In this document: one piece after another, positions 18,384-27,203 of the stretch
Position numbering within the stretch: the first letter of the stretch is position 1
Layout of the letters: every line of letters starts with the position of its first letter
Source of the DNA: a virus
Taxonomy: Duplodnaviria; Caudoviricetes
Reading direction: 5' to 3' (one strand)
IMG/VR virus record: IMGVR_UViG_3300017757_000006
Location: 1 to 59,275 of that record
DNA length: 59,275 nt
The notes under the pieces: generated by a model
What the model was told of the DNA's origin: nothing
Database searches by the model: none
Seen by the model: only the letters and a program-made list of their open reading frames with translations
Program-made: the position numbers and the translations under genes

Positions 18384-19630
18384 TTGTCCCACGCCTTAAT
18401 TGCAGTAAAGTTATTAAAACTAAATTCCATACGGTCTACTAGTTTTACTGCATCACCAGATACCCTGTCGATTGCAACATAACCTTCTGGATTAGTAACC
18501 TTAAATCCATTTGATGTTTTAATGAATGTATCAGTTAATCCCTTGACACTATTTAGTTTCTTAACAATTCCCATCTTTGCATCAACCAAGTGTCCTTGGA
18601 AGGCAATGATGTTCTCTAAATTCTTTGTGTGTTTTTTGACTTCACGAAGATACTCAGTCTGAAGATTGGTATACTTCTCTTTACCTTTGTCACTTTTAAC
18701 TTTGTCTATTTGTTTTTGAATTGCATCGAATACCCACTTCTCGTATCCCTTTGCATGTCCTCTGGGGTCACTAATCTTCTGTCCCTGTCGAACTTTACTA
18801 TTATTGTATGTTTTTAATTGAGCACCGGCAAGTTGTCCTGTAAATACATCCTGTAGTTTTAAGAACTTGTTTAATTGTGCAGAATTAATTTTCCTAAATG
18901 TAGAACCAGCAGATGATAATGATTTAGTGACAACAGCAGTCTCAGTTGCTGTCATAGTTGCCTTACCAGATACATCCTTGTATGTTGCATCGTCCATCCA
19001 AACAGATGAGGGTTTGGTAAGTCCCTTAATGTTTGCACCGAATTTAGCTTTCATCCCTTGCAAATCACTACCAGAATATGTTGTGTGCCATACGACACCA
19101 ATCTTTGAATACTTGATTATTTTGCCCAAGTCAGAGTTTACATCTACTGCATATACGATTGTGTTTGGTTGAAAGGTATAATACTTCTTACCTTCGATAG
19201 TTGTTGTGTCAACATCTTCAGAAGTATACATCAAGTCGCCCTGTAGAACGTCTTTGATACCTAACTTGGAAAACTCTGCAAGTGCAATTTTGAACTTAGT
19301 GTTCAGTGAACCAGAAAGTCCATCTGCATCAATCTCTTCAGATGTTTTGTAGAGTTTTGGAGTTGCGTTGAATACTGACTTCTTTGCAACAAAGAATTTA
19401 CCATCAGCAGGGTCGATACCAGCAAAGATTGCGGGCGCACCATCCCACTTGACAGTCATATTTACAGATGAACGAGATGCACCAGCTAACATGTCTCTGA
19501 GTGAACGAACAAAGTTAATTGCTGCTCTACCGCCAGGCACTCCGAAATTCAAAATTTCGTCTTCGATGTGTTCTAAGTGTAGGTTTTTCCCACCTTTATC
19601 TTCAGCGAGATACCCCGAAAAGTTTAGCAT
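18380..19630 (-). CDS. DUF6267-like protein with ligase-type nucleotidyltransferase motifs
   Basis: KNLHLEHIED; TVKWDGAP, LQGDLM, PEGYVA, AVKLVDR; N-terminus MLNFSGYLAE. Confidence 0.75.
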   Translation of the reverse strand: MLNFSGYLAEDKGGKNLHLEHIEDEILNFGVPGGRAAINFVRSLRDMLAGASRSSVNMTVKWDGAPAIFAGIDPADGKFFVAKKSVFNATPKLYKTSEEIDADGLSGSLNTKFKIALAEFSKLGIKDVLQGDLMYTSEDVDTTTIEGKKYYTFQPNTIVYAVDVNSDLGKIIKYSKIGVVWHTTYSGSDLQGMKAKFGANIKGLTKPSSVWMDDATYKDVSGKATMTATETAVVTKSLSSAGSTFRKINSAQLNKFLKLQDVFTGQLAGAQLKTYNNSKVRQGQKISDPRGHAKGYEKWVFDAIQKQIDKVKSDKGKEKYTNLQTEYLREVKKHTKNLENIIAFQGHLVDAKMGIVKKLNSVKGLTDTFIKTSNGFKVTNPEGYVAIDRVSGDAVKLVDRMEFSFNNFTAIKAWDK

Positions 19631-19668
19631 TTAGCACCGTTTCCATTTATACAAAGTTATTACTATTC

Positions 19669-19676
19669 TATTTATA
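19669..19676 (-). promoter_or_regulatory. T4-type late promoter heading the 19.6-6 kb block
   Basis: exact TATAAATA, intergenic. Confidence 0.8.
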
Positions 19677-19687
19677 AGGAAACATAC

Positions 19688-21076
19688 TTAGAACTTTATA
19701 TCACCGAACTTTTCATAGCGTGAATTTTGTCCTTTATCAAAGGCTGGTGTGTCATCTTGTCCACTATCTATTATATCTTCTTGCGCTTCCTGTTCACAAT
19801 CATACAACTTCATCTTACCCCTGTCAATACCCACAACAAACCTTTTGTTTGTGCCAGGGTCATTATATCTGTTTTTCAACTGTTTTACCATCAACTGATT
19901 CAGTCCTTCTAACTCTTCAGTAGATATTAGTGCAAACATCAAATCAGCAGTAGCAGGCAAACCAAATGATTCTGAAGTATCTTCAAGTCCAACATCAGAG
20001 TTTGCATAACCACCACGAGTAGTTTGAGTAGCAGACATAATAGGTAAATTCATTTCAACTGCAAGTCCACGCAGTTCTTCTGCAATCGCCTTGATATAGA
20101 AATAAGAACCAATAGTTGCATTACCCTTGAAACGAGATGACCCACAAATGTTTAGATAGTCAATAAAGATAATATCTGGTGCAAATGATTTTTTCAATGC
20201 AAGTTCTTTGATTAGACTACGAAAGTGTCCACTATGAGCAGATGCAGTAGGATATTCTTTAATGATTAGTCTACCACTTGTTTTCTCATTAATCTTCTTA
20301 ACCCTATCAGTGAACATCTTCTTTGGTAGATTGTGTAAGTCTTCCATAGACACATTCATCAAGTTTGCATCAATACGTTCTGCAATACGTTCTTCTGCCA
20401 TTTCTAAAGTAATGTATAGAACATTCTTACCTTGCATCAAAGTAGATGCAGCCATGTGACACATAAACAACGATTTACCTACACCAGTACCAGCAAGGGC
20501 AATGTTTAGTGTTTTCTGTGGAAGTCCACCTTTAGTAATCTTGTTGAAATACTCTAAGTCAAATTCTAGTTTCTCTTCTTTCTTGTGATAGAATTCAAAA
20601 CGATCTTCTGCGTCTTCAATATAGTTGTGTCCAATATGTTGGTCAAATCCAACTGCAAGTGCCTCAGATAGAATAGATGGAATTGCTTCTTGATTATGTT
20701 GTTTGTCTTTACCTTCAATAATCTGAATACCAGATAAGATTGCATTGTATACTGCTTTGTCTTTACAAAACTTCTCAGTAGTATTAACCAACCACTGCAT
20801 ATCAACTTCAGCTTCATTAAGAGATTCAAGTACCTCAACAACTTTCTGGAATTCAGTACCATTCAAGTCTTTTCTGTTATCAAGTTCAATAGACAAAGTT
20901 TCCTTTGTCGCCATCGCCTGATACTTATCCATGAAGTTGTAAATCTCTTCAAAGAGTATACGATCAGTTTTGTCTTGGAAATATTCACCCTTAATAAAAG
21001 GTAACACCCTACGGGCATACGATTCATTAAAAATGAGGTTACTGAATATTGTCTTTTCTATCGTCATCGCTTGCAT
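19688..21076 (-). CDS. gp41: replicative DNA helicase (T4 gp41-like)
   Basis: ALAGTGVGKS, LEMAEE, IDYLNIC, SATQTTR, ESFGLPATAD, KQLKNRY. Confidence 0.95.
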   Translation of the reverse strand: MQAMTIEKTIFSNLIFNESYARRVLPFIKGEYFQDKTDRILFEEIYNFMDKYQAMATKETLSIELDNRKDLNGTEFQKVVEVLESLNEAEVDMQWLVNTTEKFCKDKAVYNAILSGIQIIEGKDKQHNQEAIPSILSEALAVGFDQHIGHNYIEDAEDRFEFYHKKEEKLEFDLEYFNKITKGGLPQKTLNIALAGTGVGKSLFMCHMAASTLMQGKNVLYITLEMAEERIAERIDANLMNVSMEDLHNLPKKMFTDRVKKINEKTSGRLIIKEYPTASAHSGHFRSLIKELALKKSFAPDIIFIDYLNICGSSRFKGNATIGSYFYIKAIAEELRGLAVEMNLPIMSATQTTRGGYANSDVGLEDTSESFGLPATADLMFALISTEELEGLNQLMVKQLKNRYNDPGTNKRFVVGIDRGKMKLYDCEQEAQEDIIDSGQDDTPAFDKGQNSRYEKFGDIKF

Positions 21077-21365
21077 CTGTAAAGTGGCCCTCATCTATAT
21101 TCTGTTCAATTAAATGTGCTAGAATGTCTCCAATGAGATTAAAGAAATCATCACCAAAGCATTCTTTACCTAGTCCATTAGAGTCTAACATATTCCACTC
21201 AAATTGTAAAGAGGCATTTTCTTTTTTTTCGTCTTCTATTATAGAAACTTTACCATACTCGTATACAACACCTTGCCACATACCAGCTTTTTCTGTAAGT
21301 CCTATACCTGTCCATGTCTTAGATTCGTTCTCTACAAACTTGTAATACTCACCCATGTCAGACAT
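21039..21365 (-). CDS. hypothetical protein at the T4 gp40 position
   Basis: GVVYEYGKVSI...FFNLIGDIL; immediately upstream of gp41. Confidence 0.6.
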   Translation of the reverse strand: MSDMGEYYKFVENESKTWTGIGLTEKAGMWQGVVYEYGKVSIIEDEKKENASLQFEWNMLDSNGLGKECFGDDFFNLIGDILAHLIEQNIDEGHFTDASDDDRKDNIQ

Positions 21366-21903
21366 AATGTAGATAACTCCCTATAATATATTTTGGTTTA
21401 TCAATTGGTTTTCTTCCAGCATGTAAATGTGTCCACATTGGGGGGAACATTGTCATCCTACCTGTCTTTGGTTGAACAGAAATATCAAATTGTGGAAACT
21501 CTGTGTGGCCACCTTCATTATCATTTAGATATAAAAAGAACACCAAGAACCTTGGCGCACTATCAATACTACCAACGTCAACATGATTGTCGAACTCATC
21601 AACATCATTAGGCATATATCTTTTCATTCTAAAGTTTTCAAATGCAAACTGTTGTGGAAACATTCTTTCTGTTATATCACAGTCTTTCATATACTTATCA
21701 ATGTAACTGAAGAAAACCTCTTGAAGAGTATCTTCAAAAGGCTTCCACTGTTCATGCAGTTGTAGTGTTACTTGTTTGAAAGAACGATGACCATCAAGAA
21801 CGACTTCCTCATGGTGTTGAGGAAACCGTTCAAACATGGCAATGAGTTGTTTTGATAACGACTCAGATATTACGTTCTCATACGTCTGTATTAGGTTCTG
21901 CAT
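21358..21903 (-). CDS. 2OG-Fe(II) oxygenase
   Basis: HVD, FFLYLND, GGHTEF, FPP..THLHAG, KY. Confidence 0.9.
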   Translation of the reverse strand: MQNLIQTYENVISESLSKQLIAMFERFPQHHEEVVLDGHRSFKQVTLQLHEQWKPFEDTLQEVFFSYIDKYMKDCDITERMFPQQFAFENFRMKRYMPNDVDEFDNHVDVGSIDSAPRFLVFFLYLNDNEGGHTEFPQFDISVQPKTGRMTMFPPMWTHLHAGRKPIDKPKYIIGSYLHYV

Positions 21904-22957
21904 CTTCTGGTAATTCCTCAACTGATTCTTCAACATCTGCCAGTTTTGTCCCATACTTAAATTCTTTACCAGCGACAACATCTAGTTGTTGCATCACTTC
22001 CTCAGTAAAGTATTTCTCTGGGTTGTTATTAATAGTTTTACCAAATGTTTTTGTACCATCAGGCAACTCAATACGAGTTGATACTGACTTAAATATACCA
22101 TACTTGATTGCAAGTTCTAGCAAACCATAGTATCTATCAAGTCCACGTTCATACATTAATCGTACATCAACCATCTTATGTTCAATAGTTAATCGTGACT
22201 TAGCATTCTTACAGTGAATAATGTTACCAACAACAGCAGTTCCATCTTTCTCTTTCTTCTTGGAAAGATATACGATAGATGATGCCGCATACTTTAGTCC
22301 AGAACCACCACCCATTTCTTTGGTAGGGAACATAGAACCAACTACGTCATATGTGTGATTAGTAACAATCATAGGTACTTTTGCTTTACCTAATTTAAGT
22401 GTCAGTACACGAAATGTTGCCTTAACAATCTGAGCCCTTGTCATATCCCTAGTCTCTTTACCTTCGGCAGTATCTTCTACTTCTTTCGTTGTAGATAACA
22501 TACCAAGTGAATCAAGACATAACATCATAGGAGCTCGTTGTCCTTCTGGTGTTTCTAAGTATTTGTCTAGAACCTTAATCGACTGTGTTCTAAACTCTTG
22601 TACTGTTGTTACAGGTAAGATAACCATACGAGAGGGGTCAATTCCTCTGTCAACTACCATCTGTCTTGTGATTGCAGATTCAGACTCAAAATACAACACA
22701 CCAGCATCTGGGTTTGCATCAAGGAATGACTTTACCATGCCCATCAAAAAGAATGTTTTACCTGTTGCACTTTCGCCTGCAATAGCAGTAATCTTGTTGG
22801 ATGCAAGTCCACCATAGATACTACCAGACAAAAGAGCGTTGAAGATATATGAACCAGTATCAATGAAGGAATCTACATCCCCCGCTTCAACGCCATCTGA
22901 TACTAGTGCAGCGTATTCATTGCCCGCTGTTTTGGCAATATCTTTCAAAAAGTCCAA
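21878..22957 (-). CDS. uvsX: RecA-like recombinase
   Basis: [31 protein letters not shown]. Confidence 0.95.
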   Translation of the reverse strand: MDFLKDIAKTAGNEYAALVSDGVEAGDVDSFIDTGSYIFNALLSGSIYGGLASNKITAIAGESATGKTFFLMGMVKSFLDANPDAGVLYFESESAITRQMVVDRGIDPSRMVILPVTTVQEFRTQSIKVLDKYLETPEGQRAPMMLCLDSLGMLSTTKEVEDTAEGKETRDMTRAQIVKATFRVLTLKLGKAKVPMIVTNHTYDVVGSMFPTKEMGGGSGLKYAASSIVYLSKKKEKDGTAVVGNIIHCKNAKSRLTIEHKMVDVRLMYERGLDRYYGLLELAIKYGIFKSVSTRIELPDGTKTFGKTINNNPEKYFTEEVMQQLDVVAGKEFKYGTKLADVEESVEELPEDAEPNTDV

Positions 22958-23365
22958 TTATAAATCTCCTTCTTCTCTGTTTTCAGAACGAAATGAGTCG
23001 AACCCATCTGGGTATCGTGCTTCAAGTTTGTCTGTGTTCATATATATGATTTCCTCTATATTAGTATCCAGAGCAATACATGCCTGACTAATATACCAAA
23101 GAATATCACCCAATTCACGCTTAGCGTGCCATACAGTTTGGTCGTCCATAGGTTTTCCTTGGAACAAACACTTCTTCACAATCTCTGTGAATTCACCACT
23201 CTCTGCACTCAATCCCATTGCAGCAGTGATTAGACGTTCTGGTGGAACACCAAAATCATCAATAATGTCCAGTGCATCACCAAATGCATCTGGATCTTTA
23301 GATTCGTCACTAGTCACCTGATCGACAAATCTTATGTAATCTATCAATAATGTATCGTCACGCAT
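22958..23365 (-). CDS. MazG-like NTP pyrophosphohydrolase
   Basis: GLSAESGEFTEIVKK, KRELGDILWY, KLEARYP. Confidence 0.9.
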   Translation of the reverse strand: MRDDTLLIDYIRFVDQVTSDESKDPDAFGDALDIIDDFGVPPERLITAAMGLSAESGEFTEIVKKCLFQGKPMDDQTVWHAKRELGDILWYISQACIALDTNIEEIIYMNTDKLEARYPDGFDSFRSENREEGDL

Positions 23366-23400
23366 ATAGCATCTCCTTTAGTTATAGGTTATAGTTTACT

Positions 23401-23429
23401 ATAATAACAAATTATTAAGCGTTTGTCAA
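23401..23429 (-). promoter_or_regulatory. sigma70-type promoter for mazG-uvsX
   Basis: TTGACA-N17-TATTAT. Confidence 0.7.
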
Positions 23430-23725
23430 GAGAGAATTACACCTTTTTGTGGAACTTGTATTCCACTAGTCTGTGTTTGCCATCCTGTAGCAATCTCTTT
23501 CATAGTAGGTACTACAAAAGCAATACAAGTCTTATTGAACTGCAAAGTTCCGTCAACCTTTTCACCTGTCATACAGACACCATCAACAAGAGCTACACCC
23601 TTTTCATTTACTTGTACCAAACGTGGACGTTCAATAGTATAGGACATCATATCATCTACAATGTATTTACCAATTACTTCTGCACCGTTTGTTAGCACAA
23701 GTGTTACAATATCATTTTCTTTCAT
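23426..23725 (-). CDS. Sm/LSm-like small beta-barrel protein
   Basis: IVTLVLTNGAEVIGK, C-terminal TSGIQVP. Confidence 0.6.
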   Translation of the reverse strand: MKENDIVTLVLTNGAEVIGKYIVDDMMSYTIERPRLVQVNEKGVALVDGVCMTGEKVDGTLQFNKTCIAFVVPTMKEIATGWQTQTSGIQVPQKGVILS

Positions 23726-23739
23726 TTTATTTTCCTTTG

Positions 23740-25089
23740 TTAGTCTTTCCAACGGTATGTTGGAAAAGAACCGTTCACATCAAATATGTTTGGGTGATTC
23801 ATAAGAGCACGCCGATATGGTGTCCACTTAATTCCTCTACCCCAACACAACCAATCCATCAAATCTATCTTTCTAACTTCTTTGTTAGTTTTTATAAATT
23901 CAACAATTTCTTTGAACTTCTCACTATCACCCATAACTTTCTGTTTTGATAACAAGTCATTCATATATTCATTCATACCAATTATCTTATCTTTGTAGAT
24001 AAGTTTATTGTTAATCCAATCTAGTGCTTTTGATGCTTCTTCATTTCTATATTGAGGGTCATCCAAATATGTATTCAGTAACATTAGTGCATCATGGTCA
24101 TCTGAAAAGAAGTCTCCCTGCTGATATAGTTCTTCATAGTAACCAGCATCATACATGATATAAGGAACACCGTTCATCATACCGTCTGTAGTAGCAACAC
24201 TCCATCCACCATATTTCTGTTTTGGAGAGAATCCAACATAACACTTTTGCAACTCTTTATAATACCATTCCTTATCGCCTTTTGTTGTTACAACATAATC
24301 ACGATTAGGTTTATCTAAGAGTGGAATCCAAACTTTGAAGTCCTGTCGCATTTCCCATAACCTATCACACATTGCAATAAATTCTTTGAAGTGTTTATAG
24401 GTATCTGGTCGATGGTTGAATACAATAGTCTTTTCATTATGCTTTGTTACATCTATATCATCAACAACATCTTTTTTATTTACACCCAAATGTTGAACAG
24501 TCAATATCCTATCCAAGTCTGTAATAGTTTTAGTATTGAATGTTTCTGAAGCCTGTTCAAGTACCAAGTCTTTCTGTGCCTGTGTATTGATATAACATCT
24601 ATCATATTCTAATAGCCCAGTCATGTTCTGTAGGAAACTATCTTTAGGCCATGCAACAACATCCTTTAGGTCGAACCAATGAGAATATCCCATCACTGGA
24701 GGCATATGGTGTGTAACATTGTAAAGTGTATTAACAAGTTGATGTGTATGTTCAGGCAAGTGTGACATGACTATATCGAAATCTAGACTTTTGTTAAGCA
24801 TCCTTCGTATTACATCTACTCTAAAATGAGAACGCATAGTCTGGGGATAAGTTTCAAAATCCATGTACCACTGCGTTACGTTATCAAATTGTAATGATGG
24901 AACTTCAAAAGGAAGAATCATATAATGCCACAAGTCATCACGAATTTCATTCAGAAGTTTAATCTGATTCTTAACAACTTGAATATAACTATCTTTTTCG
25001 ATATCCTTCTGGAAAGTAATGTTAGGATACCAGAGTACTCTAACAGTTTTTTGAAGTTTTGGTTCTTTTCCTATATCAAATAAATTCAT
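23740..25089 (-). CDS. GT-B fold glycosyltransferase
   Basis: DIVMSHLPE, IVFNHRPDTYK, YYKELQKC, GWSVATTDGMMNGVPYI. Confidence 0.8.
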   Translation of the reverse strand: MNLFDIGKEPKLQKTVRVLWYPNITFQKDIEKDSYIQVVKNQIKLLNEIRDDLWHYMILPFEVPSLQFDNVTQWYMDFETYPQTMRSHFRVDVIRRMLNKSLDFDIVMSHLPEHTHQLVNTLYNVTHHMPPVMGYSHWFDLKDVVAWPKDSFLQNMTGLLEYDRCYINTQAQKDLVLEQASETFNTKTITDLDRILTVQHLGVNKKDVVDDIDVTKHNEKTIVFNHRPDTYKHFKEFIAMCDRLWEMRQDFKVWIPLLDKPNRDYVVTTKGDKEWYYKELQKCYVGFSPKQKYGGWSVATTDGMMNGVPYIMYDAGYYEELYQQGDFFSDDHDALMLLNTYLDDPQYRNEEASKALDWINNKLIYKDKIIGMNEYMNDLLSKQKVMGDSEKFKEIVEFIKTNKEVRKIDLMDWLCWGRGIKWTPYRRALMNHPNIFDVNGSFPTYRWKD

Positions 25090-25478
25090 TATATAACTCT
25101 CTTTCTTAAACTAGAAGAGGAGAAAGAATGTCTCCTACTAGTATAAAATACTTCTATAGGTAAGTCATCACCAGTAAATGACCTTTCTCTATAATCCTCA
25201 CCAATAAACCTAACATCAATCTCTTGTGATTGAAGTAAGTCTATCAAACTTTGTTCTGTATCGTATGGAATAATTTCATCTACATACTTTACACCAGACA
25301 GTTGTACATATCTTTCATACACTGACTGAACTGGTTGATTCTTTTCTTGTCTATCAATAGATGGGTCAGTTTGCAATCCTACTACTAACCTGTCACAGTT
25401 CTTTCTTGCTTCCTTCAACATAACAACATGTCCAGCATGTAGCAAGTCGAATGCACCACAAGTAAAACCAATTGTCAT
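25089..25478 (-). CDS. TagD-like (glycerol-3-phosphate cytidylyltransferase family) nucleotidyltransferase
   Basis: GFTCGAFDLLHAGH, VVGLQTD, KYVDE, GEDY, FSSSSLR. Confidence 0.9.
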   Translation of the reverse strand: MTIGFTCGAFDLLHAGHVVMLKEARKNCDRLVVGLQTDPSIDRQEKNQPVQSVYERYVQLSGVKYVDEIIPYDTEQSLIDLLQSQEIDVRFIGEDYRERSFTGDDLPIEVFYTSRRHSFSSSSLRKRVI

Positions 25479-26080
25479 ATAGCAACACCCATAAACTGAG
25501 TCAAGTCTTGTTGTTTGATAGAGTTCATTCTATATTGAGAATATGATTCAGTATTTTTTCTAGTAAGTGCATCACCATTACCTAGAGTTTCTTTTCCAAA
25601 ATTAATTCTATACTGAAGTAACTGCATCTGTTCTATCGTATATGCCCACCGATTCATTAGTTGTTCATCTTCTTTTTCGAAGTCTGGTTGTGGTAAAATC
25701 AAACCCAAATACATTGGAAGATTTGTCAATGTACCGTTCAAAACATCATCACCATAACCATAGACTTCTATAATTTTTGCATGACTTGATTCAGCACCAA
25801 CACCTGTAGTCAGAGGTTTATGGTGAGTTGTCATTCTTTTATGAATATGACTTCTAGTTTTCCCCTTATGACCATTTTGTTTATCATAATAATTACCAGC
25901 AGACTTTCCAATATATACACACCCCTCAAACTCACAAGGGAACTGGTAAGGTTTTGGCATTACATCATTAAAAACAAATCCATAAGTTGCACCGTGAAAA
26001 GCGAGTTGATCACAGTGTTTATAGTAGTCTGTAAATTTCATCCATTCACATTTGTAAGGCGATAGTATTCTACTGTCCAT
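25475..26080 (-). CDS. GIY-YIG-like hypothetical protein
   Basis: ATYGF...CVYIGKS...KRMTTH...IEQ...GN. Confidence 0.5.
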   Translation of the reverse strand: MDSRILSPYKCEWMKFTDYYKHCDQLAFHGATYGFVFNDVMPKPYQFPCEFEGCVYIGKSAGNYYDKQNGHKGKTRSHIHKRMTTHHKPLTTGVGAESSHAKIIEVYGYGDDVLNGTLTNLPMYLGLILPQPDFEKEDEQLMNRWAYTIEQMQLLQYRINFGKETLGNGDALTRKNTESYSQYRMNSIKQQDLTQFMGVAI

Positions 26081-26090
26081 TTTTTTCTCA

Positions 26091-27203
26091 TTATCTAATA
26101 ATATCAATCTTATTCATTGTCTCTTGATTCCAGACTTCTAGTTCTGTACGAACCTTATTCTCTGCAATCATTTTGTTGTAACGCTTGATAGCAAGTTTTC
26201 TCCACCATGCAATCACACCTTCAAGTTCAAATCTATCATAGTTTTCAGCTTTTGTCAATAGATTAGTTTTACCTAATAGAACATCTTTTGCATTAGAGTA
26301 TCCATACTCTCCCATGTAGAATCTTTTCTGTGTGGTAACATCACCAGCCTTTGCAATCTGTTTAGAGAACAACTCATACGCTTTTGTATCGTGTTCCTTT
26401 AGACTTGCTTTGATAACACCTACCATCTTAGTCTGCATTTTTAGTTTACGAGATGATGCACCTTTATGTATCAAGTCTTCGCCACCATTCTTTTCTGTAA
26501 ACCAATCACGCATCTCAAAGTAGATTTCTTCTCCAAGTGTCAATAAAAACTTAGATTGAGTATCTCCCTTGTAACGTAAGAATGGACGCATACCATCATA
26601 CATAGAAGAACCTTTGATGTTACCATAAAGAGATGTTGTCTCAAATAAACAAAACTCTGTATCATATTTCTTGTTTAACATCCTACGAACTTCATGTGAG
26701 TTGCAGATTGCCGCCATCAATTTACCACCAAGATAGTTATATCCAAATGGTTGTACAGGAACAATGTTGAAACCCATGATAGCACGTTTGTTAAAGATAT
26801 CTAAATCTGGAACACCACCCAAGTAATCATTACGAGGTTTTGAATTGATTAGTGGTGAACCTAGTTTGATAAATCCAACCACAGTATTTGTAGTTGTTTC
26901 CTTAACAACTAGTTTCATCTCTTTGCCTGGCGCATTGTCAGGCGAGAATGATGCAACTTTCTCCAACATAGTATCAAAGGTTTGTGATGGAACTTGTACA
27001 ATAGAAAAGTTCATATCCTCTGGATGCATATCATATGATTGAAACATATCATCTTCCAATCCAAATCCTGGCAGTGCAGTAGGAATATTCTTTACACGTT
27101 CAATCTTACGAGCACGAAAATAGTCATCAATGCGTCCAAAGTCTTTGAAGTAAGTCATCAACTTTGTTGCGGCAAATATTGCATCATCTCGTTCTAGTAT
27201 CAT
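26091..27203 (-). CDS. DUF4338 (DruA-like) protein
   Basis: GFIKLGSP, VPVQPFGYNYLGGKLMA, ETTSLYG, SMY, KGDT. Confidence 0.75.
   Translation of the reverse strand: MILERDDAIFAATKLMTYFKDFGRIDDYFRARKIERVKNIPTALPGFGLEDDMFQSYDMHPEDMNFSIVQVPSQTFDTMLEKVASFSPDNAPGKEMKLVVKETTTNTVVGFIKLGSPLINSKPRNDYLGGVPDLDIFNKRAIMGFNIVPVQPFGYNYLGGKLMAAICNSHEVRRMLNKKYDTEFCLFETTSLYGNIKGSSMYDGMRPFLRYKGDTQSKFLLTLGEEIYFEMRDWFTEKNGGEDLIHKGASSRKLKMQTKMVGVIKASLKEHDTKAYELFSKQIAKAGDVTTQKRFYMGEYGYSNAKDVLLGKTNLLTKAENYDRFELEGVIAWWRKLAIKRYNKMIAENKVRTELEVWNQETMNKIDIIR

Noticed and set aside
26091-27203. Druantia defence system
   Set aside because: Only the DUF4338/DruA-like gene is present; no DruE-type helicase or other partners
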